Positions 28,509 through 40,304 of a stretch of 64,000 nt of DNA are shown here, piece after piece. Both the position numbers and the translations under genes were made by a program. This stretch comes from Candidatus Omnitrophota bacterium (lineage in GTDB: Bacteria > Omnitrophota > Omnitrophia > Omnitrophales > Aquincolibacteriaceae): contig CAISGE010000062.1 in the NCBI GenBank assembly GCA_903884815.1, positions 17 to 64,016 on the forward strand, written 5' to 3'. Positions within the stretch are counted from its first letter, which is position 1. Every line of letters starts with the position of its first letter. The notes below the pieces were generated by a model that was not told the origin of the DNA, made no database searches, and worked only from the letters and a program-made list of their open reading frames with translations.

Positions 28509-28946
28509 ATGTTTTACGGTGAGTTTGAACATGTGATCGATACGAAAAGCCGCGTGATGATCCCCGCGAAATTCCGCGAGATCTTCAAGGAGCGCTATGC
28601 AGAGCGCTTTTTTATCACCCGCGGTCTCGATCAGTGCTTATTTGTTTTCACCGAGGAACAGTGGAAGACGGAAGAGAAAAAGTTTCGCGACATGCCTTTC
28701 ACCAAAGCCGAATCCAGAACCTTCAATCGTCTTTTCTTTTCAGGAGCTTGTGAAGTGGTGTGTGACAAACAGGGGAGAATTCTCATTCCGGATTATCTGA
28801 AGAGCTATGCGGAGATCAAGGCGGATGTCACGATCGTGGGCGTTTCAAGTCGTATAGAAATTTGGGCGAAAGAAAAGTGGCAGGGATTTTTCGATCATCA
28901 TAAAGGTCATTTTGAAGAACTCGCGGAAAAATTAGTCGCAGAATAG
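28509..28946 (+). CDS. mraZ: Transcriptional regulator MraZ
   Basis: Duplicated MraZ (DUF-UPF0040) halves (IDTKSRVMIPAKFRE and CDKQGRILIPDYLK). Confidence 0.9.
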   Translation: MFYGEFEHVIDTKSRVMIPAKFREIFKERYAERFFITRGLDQCLFVFTEEQWKTEEKKFRDMPFTKAESRTFNRLFFSGACEVVCDKQGRILIPDYLKSYAEIKADVTIVGVSSRIEIWAKEKWQGFFDHHKGHFEELAEKLVAE

Positions 28947-28959
28947 AAAAGGAGTCATT

Positions 28960-29298
28960 ATGGTCTATCACGCCAGAACGAAGAGTGCCGTGGATGTATT
29001 GCGTTTCAATGGGGACCTTGATGCGCTAAGCATGATCAAAATGAAAGATCGGATGAACCGTTTAATGAACAGGAACCACAAGCGTCTTTTGTTGGACCTG
29101 AAAGATACGAAGCACGTGGAATTAGCAGGCGTCGGTATCTTGGTCGATCGTCTGCGTAAAGTGCGCGAACAAAAAGGGGACATCAAACTTTGCAATCTGC
29201 GTCCCGAAGTTGAGAAGACTTTCCAAATGATCGGGGTCAATGGCTTGATGGAAAGTTATTCGACGGAAGAAGAGGCGATCCTTAGTTTTGCGTCATAG
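28960..29298 (+). CDS. STAS-domain protein (anti-sigma-antagonist-like, non-phosphorylatable) inserted between mraZ and rsmH
   Basis: STAS fold with a strong RBS; the usual DSSG phospho-site is replaced by ELAGVGIL. Confidence 0.6.
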   Translation: MVYHARTKSAVDVLRFNGDLDALSMIKMKDRMNRLMNRNHKRLLLDLKDTKHVELAGVGILVDRLRKVREQKGDIKLCNLRPEVEKTFQMIGVNGLMESYSTEEEAILSFAS

Positions 29299-30196
29299 TC
29301 CGGTTCTTTTACAGGAAGTTCTCGATCAGTTGGGCCTCAAGTCCGGGGCTATCGTGATGGATGGAACTCTCGGGAGTGGGGGACACTCGCAGGCGATGCT
29401 TGCTAAGATCGGTCCCAACGGAAAATTGATCGGGTTTGATCAGGATCCCGAGGCGATTGCACGATGCAGGGAATTGTTTCAAGCCGACACGCGGGTCGTG
29501 CTGGTACATGAGAATTTCAGGAATTTAAAAAAAGTTTTTCCGGCTCTTGGTGTAGCGGCTTTCGATGTAGTTCTTTTGGATATCGGGACTTCGTCGGAGC
29601 AGTTGGCGGATGGGAAGCGCGGTTTCAGTTTCCAAGCGGAAGGGGAATTGGATATGCGGATGAATCCGGAAGTCGGTTTGAAAGCTTCAGAGTTGCTCGC
29701 TCAAATGTCCGAGGTCGAGCTGGCAGACCTCTTTTACCATTATGGCGAAGAGCGGCACTCTCGACGTTTTGCTCGCGTGATTGTTGAAAGAAGGCGCCAG
29801 CAGCCCATCCGTACGATCGAAGATCTCAACCAAACTCTCGAGCTCGCGGTTCCCCCGCATTTACGCTTCAAGAAAGGGAATAGGCCTTCATGGGCTCGGC
29901 GTCATCCCGGGACGAAGGTATACCAAGCCCTTCGCATAGGCGTGAATGATGAACTGGAGGCGCTGAAAGAGGGCATGTCGGGGGCTTTTGAGCATCTCTC
30001 GAAGGGCGGCAGGTTGGGAGTCATCAGTTTTCACTCGATCGAAGACAGGATCGTGAAGCAGCAGTTCCGCAAGTGGGATGACGAAGAACAAGGAAAATTG
30101 ATTTTTCGTAAACCTATGGTTGCAAAGCGGGAAGAAATATTGAATAATCCAAGATCAAGAAGCGCAAAACTAAGAGTCATCGAGAAAATATCATGA
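29288..30196 (+). CDS. rsmH: 16S rRNA (cytosine1402-N4)-methyltransferase
   Basis: TTG start overlapping the upstream stop. N-terminus H.PVLL.EV, SAM motif DGTLGSGGHS and FDQDP.A. Confidence 0.85.
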   Translation: MRHSPVLLQEVLDQLGLKSGAIVMDGTLGSGGHSQAMLAKIGPNGKLIGFDQDPEAIARCRELFQADTRVVLVHENFRNLKKVFPALGVAAFDVVLLDIGTSSEQLADGKRGFSFQAEGELDMRMNPEVGLKASELLAQMSEVELADLFYHYGEERHSRRFARVIVERRRQQPIRTIEDLNQTLELAVPPHLRFKKGNRPSWARRHPGTKVYQALRIGVNDELEALKEGMSGAFEHLSKGGRLGVISFHSIEDRIVKQQFRKWDDEEQGKLIFRKPMVAKREEILNNPRSRSAKLRVIEKIS

Positions 30197-30585
30197 AAGG
30201 CAGTGGAAAAATACTAATTCTTATAACATTGTTAGCCTGCTCGATGCTTTTTTATGTGCATCTGCAGGTTGCTTCCGTCTTGGTATCTTTAGATCTGCAT
30301 CGAAGTTCCCGCCAAGTTGCCGAGAAACAAGAGTTGCTCCGCAGATTCCAATACAAGGTTGATCAGTTGAGGGCCCCCCGCCTTCTTGAAGAGAAGATGA
30401 TGCGTCACGATATGGGTTTGGCGCTTCCCAATAAGGTCCAGGTCGTTGAGGTGCCGGCCGCTGCGGATATCGTTATTCCCATGGCACCGGCACAAAAAGT
30501 TGTGCGAACTTTTTCCTCCGAAGTGTCGAGCTTTCTTGGACGTTGGATACAGACGGCCCAGGCCAAGACCGATCTCTCCTCTTAA
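30193..30585 (+). CDS. ftsL: FtsL-like cell-division protein (single TM + short coiled region)
   Basis: Position between rsmH and ftsI; N-terminal TM helix, small size and overlap with the rsmH stop. Confidence 0.5.
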   Translation: MKGSGKILILITLLACSMLFYVHLQVASVLVSLDLHRSSRQVAEKQELLRRFQYKVDQLRAPRLLEEKMMRHDMGLALPNKVQVVEVPAAADIVIPMAPAQKVVRTFSSEVSSFLGRWIQTAQAKTDLSS

Positions 30586-30588
30586 AAA

Positions 30589-32343
30589 ATGCGAGCGTTG
30601 CTTTCGCCGCGTCGGTTCTGGTTTCTCTACATCGTTTTCTTTGTTATTTTCGGTCTCATCATCTATCAGATCACCCAGTTGACTTGTTTTCATCAAGCCT
30701 CCCTTCTTAAGCTGGCGCACCGCCAACATAATCTGACGATTGATACACCCTCTTTGCGCGGACCGATCACGGATCGCAACGGGAATGAGTTCGTTACCAA
30801 TCTCAAGATTCCGTCCATATATGCAGTGCCACGCGCAGTCGCAGAGGAAGACCTTCCGGGGCTCAGCCGTGAGATTGCCAAGATCTTGAAGGTTGATCCA
30901 AAGTGGGTGAAGGACCGCTTAGCGCGCGATAAATCGTTTGTGTGGCTCAAGCGGCGCGTGACTTTTGAGGAATCAGAAAAGATTAAAAAACTCGAGTGCC
31001 CCGCGCTCGGAATCCTGGAAGAATATAAGAGATTTTATCCACAAGGGTCCATGCTGGCCCAGGTGCTCGGATTCTCAACGGTGGATAACCAAGGGGTCGA
31101 AGGGCTTGAGCGTTCCATGGATGCGGATCTTCGAGGGAAACCCGGAAAACGAGTCACCCAGCGGGATGCCAAAGGGCGTGAGATCAAGGCCTTTGAGATC
31201 ACGAGCGTGCCCGTGGTCGATGGGAACCGAGTGGTATTGACGATCGATCAGCATCTTCAGTACCTGACCGAGAAATCGCTGGAACAGGCCTTCAAACAGT
31301 GGAAAGCCAAGGGGGCCTGGGCGATCGTGATGGATCCGAATACGGGGGAGATCTTGGCCATGGCGAATCAACCCGGGTTCGATCCTAACCATTACGCGAA
31401 CGTCGGTCCTGACGCCAAGCGTAATCGTGCTGTTACGGATATGTATGAGCCTGGATCGATTTTTAAGATCGTTGCCGCAAGCGGGGGGCTGAATGATGGC
31501 ACGGTGACTCCTGAAACAGTGATCAACTGCGAGAACGGAAAATGGAATTATGGCTTTAAGACGCTCCATGACGTTCATCCGTATGGCATGTTGCCCATGA
31601 TGGAAGTGATCGTGAAATCCAGCAACATCGGGACCGTGAAGATCGCGCTTAAAATGGGGGCCCAACAATTTCAGAGTTACGTGACGGGCTTCGGCTTCGG
31701 AGCGCTGACCGGGATCGACCTTGCCGGCGAAGCGCCGGGTTTCACGCGGCCGCCTTCTCAATGGTCCAAGACCTCTCCGTATAATATCCCGATGGGCCAG
31801 GAAGTTATGGTGACGGCTCTCCAAATGGTGACGGCGATGTCTGTGATCGCGAATGGGGGGAACCTCGTACGGCCCTATATCGTGTCGCGCGTCGAGGATT
31901 CTGCCGGCGTGATTATTAAGCAGAAAAAGCCCGTGATCAAACGGCGGGTGATCAAGCCAGAAACAGCCGCGACGATGCGGGAGATCCTGACCCAGGTCGT
32001 GGAAAGAGGGACTGGGACGAAAGCGAAGATCCCGGATGTTTTGGTCGCGGGTAAGACGGGTACGGCACAGAAGATTTTGCCCGGGGGCAAGGGCTATTCT
32101 CACACTGCTTTCATGTCTTCTTTCGTTGGTTTCGCGCCTGCGGATAATCCTCGCTATGCCATGGTGGTGGTTCTCGATGAAGCGCGTCCCATGTATTACG
32201 GGGGTGTTGTTGCCGCACCAGTCTTCAAGGAGGTCTTGGGTGCGGCGCTTTTGACGCAGGGAGCTCAACCCTATCATGAGAGTGCGCCGCCCTTGACGAA
32301 GGAGCAGGCTGCGGCGGCGGCCGACCTGGCGGTCGCTGATTGA
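30589..32343 (+). CDS. ftsI: Penicillin-binding protein, class B transpeptidase (FtsI/PBP3-like)
   Basis: PBP dimerisation and transpeptidase domains with SxxK (SIFK), SxN (SSN) and KTGT (KTGTAQ); position in the dcw cluster. Confidence 0.85.
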   Translation: MRALLSPRRFWFLYIVFFVIFGLIIYQITQLTCFHQASLLKLAHRQHNLTIDTPSLRGPITDRNGNEFVTNLKIPSIYAVPRAVAEEDLPGLSREIAKILKVDPKWVKDRLARDKSFVWLKRRVTFEESEKIKKLECPALGILEEYKRFYPQGSMLAQVLGFSTVDNQGVEGLERSMDADLRGKPGKRVTQRDAKGREIKAFEITSVPVVDGNRVVLTIDQHLQYLTEKSLEQAFKQWKAKGAWAIVMDPNTGEILAMANQPGFDPNHYANVGPDAKRNRAVTDMYEPGSIFKIVAASGGLNDGTVTPETVINCENGKWNYGFKTLHDVHPYGMLPMMEVIVKSSNIGTVKIALKMGAQQFQSYVTGFGFGALTGIDLAGEAPGFTRPPSQWSKTSPYNIPMGQEVMVTALQMVTAMSVIANGGNLVRPYIVSRVEDSAGVIIKQKKPVIKRRVIKPETAATMREILTQVVERGTGTKAKIPDVLVAGKTGTAQKILPGGKGYSHTAFMSSFVGFAPADNPRYAMVVVLDEARPMYYGGVVAAPVFKEVLGAALLTQGAQPYHESAPPLTKEQAAAAADLAVAD

Positions 32344-32462
32344 CGCCTTTCATTGTATACTGAACAAGAGAGTGATATAATCCCGGCCGTTTCGGTCCTG
32401 CCCAAGGCGACAAGCTCCATGAAGGGCTGCACCAATTAATAGGAATTTAAGAAGGTGTTATA

Positions 32463-32600
32463 GGGACGTCCCAATTTCATTCTTATAAAATTGAAAATTG
32501 GGACTGTCCCAACGATTCATTAATTTTTTGATTATACGTCGGGGCGTCCTAATTCTCAGTTAACCATGGACGGTGAATGAGGACAGTCCCGATATTCATT
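32463..32600. repeat. Four iterated ~20-bp repeats with a palindromic core GGGAC(N)GTCCC followed by AAYNNTTCATT, spaced about 40 bp apart upstream of tRNA-Pro
   Basis: Copies read directly: GGGACGTCCCAATTTCATT (32463), GGGACTGTCCCAACGATTCATT (32500), GGGGCGTCCTAATTCTCAGTT (32541), GGACAGTCCCGATATTCATT (32581). Confidence 0.7.
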
Positions 32601-32620
32601 GAAAATTTAATTTAAGTTTA

Positions 32621-32698
<78 letters not shown>

Positions 32699-32770
32699 TT
32701 TTTTTTTGCGTTGCAATTGAAAGCCGAAGGCTTTCCATAAAGTGAGACGAAAAAATGGGCAGCACCCGAA

Positions 32771-32800
32771 GTCCCGCCGAAGGCGGGACGGAGTGGTGCG
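32771..32800. repeat. GC-rich palindromic element (gtcccgcc-gaag-ggcgggac-ggagtg), related to the REP-like copies at 44211 and 59387
   Basis: Shares gtcccgcc, ggcggga and ggagtg with the two other copies in this window. Confidence 0.45.
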
Positions 32801-32879
32801 ATTGCTTTAGGCGATTCAACACTTGCACCGATGTGCAAGTGCGATGCCGACGCTCCTCAGAAGAGTCGCGTTCGCATCG

Positions 32880-32894
32880 ATCCTATCGCCCCGA
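32880..32894 (+). repeat. 15-bp perfect direct repeat of the tRNA-Pro 3' end (atcctatcgccccga; first copy 32682-32696)
   Basis: Exact 15/15 duplication 198 bp downstream; both copies are followed by a T-run. Confidence 0.8.
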
Positions 32895-32973
32895 TTCTTT
32901 TTTTAAGTAATATCAATAAAATTCTATCCGGTTTTTTCCGGCCGGTTTCCTTCCGTTAGAGGGCAAGACGCCG

Positions 32974-33168
32974 ATGGATTGCAAGGTCGCGACCAATCGA
33001 AAACGCTGCAATTGCTCTTACGAACCTTGTTCCCGCAAAGGGATCTGCTGCGACTGTGTGGCGTATCACAGGAGCCAGGATGAGTTACCCGCTTGTTATT
33101 TTCCAGACAACGTCGAAAGATCCTACGATCGTTCTATCAAAAAATTTCTATCTCTCCACAAGACGTAA
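32974..33168 (+). CDS. Small cysteine-rich protein (CNC..C..C..CC.C motif; DUF6485-like)
   Basis: 64 aa with an RBS and the conserved pattern [22 protein letters not shown]...LPACYFP...SYDRS, typical of a small conserved family. Confidence 0.5.
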   Translation: MDCKVATNRKRCNCSYEPCSRKGICCDCVAYHRSQDELPACYFPDNVERSYDRSIKKFLSLHKT

Positions 33169-33215
33169 ACTCCCATCGCGCGGTCGGTGGCGCGCCTCTG
33201 CTTAAAAAGGATTCG

Positions 33216-33983
33216 ATGGAGCGTAGTAAAAAAAAAGCTATTATTGTCGGAAGTAGTAGCGGGATCGGACGCGCGCTGGCCATCAAATTATCTGCGGAAG
33301 GCTATGTCCTTTGCCTCACCGGCCGGTCGCTGGAGAGACTGGAGGCTCTTCAAAAAGATCTCGCGGGGGAGAGTATCGCGAGACAAGTCGATGTCAGTAA
33401 TCCCCGGGAAGCGATCCATGCGCTCCGGAATGTTATTATGTCTTTGCACGGCCTTGACCTGATGGTGATCAACGCCGGAGTGCTTTTCCAAAATGATAAA
33501 CTTCTGTGGCAACCCGAAGAGGATATGATCAAGGTGAACGTCCTCGGATTCGCGGCTGCGGCGAATGTGGCTGCGGATTATTTTTCACAGAAAGGCGCCG
33601 GCTGTATTATCGGGATCTCTTCGGTGGCTTCTCAAAGTGCCAGCGGACGCTCTCCGGCCTACAACGCCTCCAAGGCTTTTGTCTCGAATTATATGGAAGG
33701 CCTCCGCCAGAAATTTTCGGGTACACCCGTTCGGGTTCTGGACATCCGTCCCGGGTTCGTGGACACGGATATGGTCCGCGGTCGCAAGGGACTTTTCGGG
33801 CTTGTGTCGGCCGAAAGCGCTGCGAGCGATATCTACCGGGCTTTCCAAAAAGGAAAACGCGTCGCGTACGTGCCGTTCTGGTGGGGGATTGTCGCGTGGC
33901 TCTTCAGGCGTTTTCCTGAATCAGTTCGTAACTTGGGATACCGCCGCTATATTGCCTGGGACACAAAACATTCGGTTTCCTGA
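33216..33983 (+). CDS. Short-chain dehydrogenase/reductase (SDR) family oxidoreductase
   Basis: Rossmann motif GSSSGIGRA and catalytic motifs NAG and YNASK; start at the ATG at 33216 with an RBS. Confidence 0.8.
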   Translation: MERSKKKAIIVGSSSGIGRALAIKLSAEGYVLCLTGRSLERLEALQKDLAGESIARQVDVSNPREAIHALRNVIMSLHGLDLMVINAGVLFQNDKLLWQPEEDMIKVNVLGFAAAANVAADYFSQKGAGCIIGISSVASQSASGRSPAYNASKAFVSNYMEGLRQKFSGTPVRVLDIRPGFVDTDMVRGRKGLFGLVSAESAASDIYRAFQKGKRVAYVPFWWGIVAWLFRRFPESVRNLGYRRYIAWDTKHSVS

Positions 33984-33985
33984 CC

Positions 33986-34579
33986 ATGAGGAAATTAAGC
34001 CACCCGGAACTTTTGGCCCGTCAGCAGGTGCGGCAGAAAGAACCGAAGCTGCCATTCTGTGTCGTCCTCAATGATATACGCAGTCTCTACAATGTCGGCT
34101 CGATTTTCAGGACAGCGGATGGCGCCGGCGTTGAAAAATTATGGATCTGCGGCATTACAGGATTCCCACCCGATAACCAGATCTCCAAGACCGCGCTCGG
34201 GGCTGAAAAGGAAGTTCCCTGGGAATACCGTCGGCATGTCTGCGAAATCGTGCGGGAACTGAAAGCCCGGGGCTACCAGATCCTCTTTCTCGAACAACTT
34301 GCCGAAAGTATCCCCTATCAGGATTTCCGCGCCTCCGGCCCCGTGTGTCTGGTTCTCGGCAATGAGATCTCGGGGGTTTCGGAGGAACTGCTCGCGCTTT
34401 GCGACAAAACGATCGAGATCGATATGGCAGGGGCGAAAAACTCCCTGAATGTTTCCGTCGCATTCGGTGTGGTGGCATACCATTTACGCAATCAATTACG
34501 CGGGAAGCGTGATGCGGGGAACGGGGAACGTGGAGACGAAACCGTAACCCGTTCGCCGGTCCCCATTTTCCGGCTTTAG
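33986..34579 (+). CDS. SpoU/TrmH-family RNA 2'-O-methyltransferase
   Basis: SPOUT motifs (NVGSIFRTADGAG, LVLGNEISGVS, NSLNVSVAFGV). Confidence 0.8.
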   Translation: MRKLSHPELLARQQVRQKEPKLPFCVVLNDIRSLYNVGSIFRTADGAGVEKLWICGITGFPPDNQISKTALGAEKEVPWEYRRHVCEIVRELKARGYQILFLEQLAESIPYQDFRASGPVCLVLGNEISGVSEELLALCDKTIEIDMAGAKNSLNVSVAFGVVAYHLRNQLRGKRDAGNGERGDETVTRSPVPIFRL

Positions 34580-34581
34580 CT

Positions 34582-34859
34582 ATGAGTGAAAAACGGATGC
34601 AGCTTTTTTTAGCGGGACGGTGCAAGGCGTAGGATTCCGTTTTACTGCGGAGCGGCTGGCCCGGCGTTTTCCTGTCACCGGATTCGTCCGGAATCTCGAC
34701 GACGGGCGCGTGGAACTGACCGCGGAGGGGGATGAAAAATCGCTCGCCGGATTTCTGGCGGCGATCCGGGAGTCGGCGATGAAGGATTATATCCGGGAGG
34801 TTGAAGCTCATTGGTCTTCCGGCCAAGGATGTTTCAGCCGATTTTCCATTACCTATTAG
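34582..34859 (+). pseudogene. acyP: Acylphosphatase disrupted by a +/-1 frameshift in a T7 homopolymer (34604-34610); the intact downstream part is 34620-34859
   Basis: ATG 34582 encodes [16 protein letters not shown]. Adding one T to the T-run would give [21 protein letters not shown]..., a full acylphosphatase N-terminus. The frame continues with [13 protein letters not shown]. Confidence 0.6.
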
Positions 34860-34902
34860 CATTTTTTCCCACATGCCTGAGGGTGTGAGAGGCGGAGAAA
34901 AT

Positions 34903-37663
<2,761 letters not shown>

Positions 37664-37674
37664 CGGGGGGCAAG

Positions 37675-38253
37675 ATGCGAGAATACGACAAGATGATCGC
37701 GGGGGAGCTTTATAACGGGCTGGATCCCGAATTGACACAGATGAGGCAAGTCGCACGGGAGTTGTGCAACAAGATCAATGCCTCGATCGTGGAAATGAGG
37801 GGCTCTGACGCGAGCTTGAGCCTCTGCGCCGAATTGTTCGGCAAGGTTGGCAAGAACCTCTGGCTCCAACCCCCGTTCTATTGCGATTACGGGAAAAATA
37901 TTTTCTTGGGCGACAACGTGTATGTGAATTTCGGTTGTGTGATTCTGGATGTCGCCCGGGTGACGTTCGGCTCGCATGTCTTTCTGGGCCCGAATGTCCA
38001 GATCTATACCGCGACGCACCCCTTGATCGCGGAAGAGCGGAACCGGGGGCTGGAGTCCGGCAAGCCGATTACGATCCGGAGTAATGTCTGGATCGGCGGC
38101 GCGGCAATCCTTTGTCCGGGAGTGACCATCGGGGAAGGAAGCGTCATCGGCGCCGGTGCCGTTGTGACAAAGGATGTTCCTCCGCGGGTCGTGGTGGCCG
38201 GAAATCCCGCCAAAGTCATCCGGTACCTTCCGGCGGTTCCTTCTCAAACGTGA
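37675..38253 (+). CDS. Sugar O-acetyltransferase (maltose/galactoside acetyltransferase-like, LbH fold)
   Basis: Mac N-terminal domain (MIAGELY) followed by hexapeptide repeats (NVWIGGAAILCPGVTIGEGSVIGAGAVV). Confidence 0.8.
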   Translation: MREYDKMIAGELYNGLDPELTQMRQVARELCNKINASIVEMRGSDASLSLCAELFGKVGKNLWLQPPFYCDYGKNIFLGDNVYVNFGCVILDVARVTFGSHVFLGPNVQIYTATHPLIAEERNRGLESGKPITIRSNVWIGGAAILCPGVTIGEGSVIGAGAVVTKDVPPRVVVAGNPAKVIRYLPAVPSQT

Positions 38254-38263
38254 CAGGAGACCT

Positions 38264-39433
38264 ATGGACATTTTTACGCTGTTTTTGACCGTCGGCGTCT
38301 GTTTTTCTATGATTTTTGCGGTGGTCGCAATGATCGTCTCGTCCCGTAACAGCGAAGCAAAATTCCGGGAATCCCTCGTCGCGGCCTTGGGACCGGGGGT
38401 GGATTGGGACGAGAAAAGGCAGACCTTTCGGCAGGTGGGAATGAATTTTCGCTATCAAAAATATCAGGGCTCAAGGAACAGCCCGCCCAGTTTTTCACTG
38501 TTTCTTGAATGTCCCGTCACCGGAGGGGAATTTGAGATCGCGACCGAGAGCGCGGTGGATCGTTTCTTCAAAAATATCGGGATTACGCTTGAGGTTCAGA
38601 CCGGGGACGAGGTGTTTGACGGTCGTTGTTTTATCGCTTCGAACACGCCCGAGTTCGCGAAGGAGTGTTTTGCTTCCGCTGAAAGAAGAGAGACCGTGAA
38701 ACGTCTCTGGGACATAAAAGTCCGGAAGATCGTTTATCGCGGCCAGAGCCTCGCGTTGATATGGCAGGGGCAGACCTCACACGCGGACGGAGTTTCGAAT
38801 CTGAAGGAATCTCTGGATCTGATGGCGGTTTTGATCCGGGATCTGCCGCAGTATCACGAGATCGTTTCTCTCGCGGGTTCCGGCCCGGCGGGGCCGGCAG
38901 AGCGGAATCTGGTGATGGGCATCGCCGGAGCCTCTTCGGCGTTGGGGGTCCTGAGTTTGATCTGGACCAATCTTCAGTATCCTCTTTTTGATCCCGCGGG
39001 CTTATTCCTTTTTTCTTTAAAGTTTTCCGTGCCGGCCCTGGCTGTATTTATCGTCTTGGCCGTTCGAACCTTGTCTGGGCGCTCTCGCTCGCACCGTGAT
39101 CTTCTCCTTGCCTGTGGCTTGGCCCTTGCGGGTTTTCTTTTTACGGGATACGGGGTGGTGGCTCTCTATAACGGCATGGCGGATCTGTCGGCGCCGGCCA
39201 GTCATATTGCGCTAATTCAGAATAAAGAGATGCACCGTAGCAAGAATTCCAGGAGCTATCATCTTTATGTGCGGTCCTGGAAGTCGGGCCGGGCGTTGGA
39301 GGATCTCAACACCGGCAGCGGGATCTTTAACTGGGTGATCCCGGGGAAACACGAGGCCGTCGTCCGCACGAGGGCCGGAAAGCTTGGCTTCGAGTGGCTT
39401 GTCTCGTATCAGGTCAGGGACAAACAAACGTAG
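38264..39433 (+). CDS. Hypothetical polytopic membrane protein
   Basis: AGGAG RBS, an N-terminal TM helix plus a cluster of C-terminal TM helices; no recognised domain. Confidence 0.45.
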   Translation: MDIFTLFLTVGVCFSMIFAVVAMIVSSRNSEAKFRESLVAALGPGVDWDEKRQTFRQVGMNFRYQKYQGSRNSPPSFSLFLECPVTGGEFEIATESAVDRFFKNIGITLEVQTGDEVFDGRCFIASNTPEFAKECFASAERRETVKRLWDIKVRKIVYRGQSLALIWQGQTSHADGVSNLKESLDLMAVLIRDLPQYHEIVSLAGSGPAGPAERNLVMGIAGASSALGVLSLIWTNLQYPLFDPAGLFLFSLKFSVPALAVFIVLAVRTLSGRSRSHRDLLLACGLALAGFLFTGYGVVALYNGMADLSAPASHIALIQNKEMHRSKNSRSYHLYVRSWKSGRALEDLNTGSGIFNWVIPGKHEAVVRTRAGKLGFEWLVSYQVRDKQT

Positions 39434-39479
39434 GGCGTCTGTCGCAACGTTCTTCCGGATAAAAAATGTGGAGGTTCTT

Positions 39480-40166
39480 ATGAAGCTCGCAAAAAGAAAA
39501 ATCTCTTTGAGGATGGCGTGGATGATCGTTCTGGGTTTTTTGATCCTTGGGAGTTTCGGGGTCTGTATCAACGGGGAAGCGGCCATGAGCACCGGGGGAA
39601 AAGCGGGACTTATGAAACTGGGAGATACGGCGCCGGATTTTAAACTACCCGATGTCGTGACGGGAAAGGAAGTCACGCTTGGAAATTTTAAGGATTCGAA
39701 GGTTTTGTTGGTGGCTGTTATCTGCCGCCATTGCCCGTTCGTTCAGCATGTCAAAAAGGAACTGGTGCGTCTCGGCAGGGATTATCAGGGAAAAGGTCTC
39801 GCAATCGTCGCGATCAGCGCGAACGATCCTGCGGGCTATCCGGAGGATGCGCCCGGGAAGCTAAAGGAAATGGCGCTCGAGGCAGGATTCACTTTCCCGC
39901 TAGTCTTTGATGAGACCCAGGCGACGGCCAAGGCCTACACCGCGGTCTCGACGCCCGATTTCTTTTTGTTCGATCAGGAACGGAAGCTTGTCTACCGCGG
40001 ACAGTTTGATGATTCGCGGCCGAAGAGCGGGATTCCCGTGACGGGAAAAGACGTGCGTGTGGCCATTGACGCGGTGCTTGGGGGACGTCCTGTGTCTCAG
40101 AATCAGCGGCCGTCGGTGGGTTGTTCGATCAAATGGAAACCGGGAAAAAATCCGGATTATCGCTGA
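39480..40166 (+). CDS. Secreted thioredoxin-fold redoxin (AhpC/TSA/TlpA-like thiol-disulfide oxidoreductase, CxxC)
   Basis: Signal/TM N-terminus and a redoxin motif (VLLVAVICRHCPF) with CRHC as the active site. Confidence 0.7.
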   Translation: MKLAKRKISLRMAWMIVLGFLILGSFGVCINGEAAMSTGGKAGLMKLGDTAPDFKLPDVVTGKEVTLGNFKDSKVLLVAVICRHCPFVQHVKKELVRLGRDYQGKGLAIVAISANDPAGYPEDAPGKLKEMALEAGFTFPLVFDETQATAKAYTAVSTPDFFLFDQERKLVYRGQFDDSRPKSGIPVTGKDVRVAIDAVLGGRPVSQNQRPSVGCSIKWKPGKNPDYR

Positions 40167-40304
40167 AGGCCGCCACCTAGCAGATCTTGACATATAGGCG
40201 TTCTATTTCTCGGTTTTTGTAGGACCCTCGTGTTCAAGGCGCCGCTTCATGGGGTCGATACAGTACCTATGATCGAAGCCACGCTTGAAGTTGCCGGAAA
40301 ACCC

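Noticed and set aside
32463-32600. Possible CRISPR array (regularly spaced repeats)
   Set aside because: The repeats are only ~20 bp with ~18-20-bp interspaces, are imperfect, and each overlaps a palindrome. There is no cas gene nearby. Iterated protein-binding sites fit better.
33506-34074. ORFs 33506-33919 and 33565-34074 on the + strand
   Set aside because: Out-of-frame overlaps of the SDR and TrmH genes; Arg/Gly-rich with no motifs.
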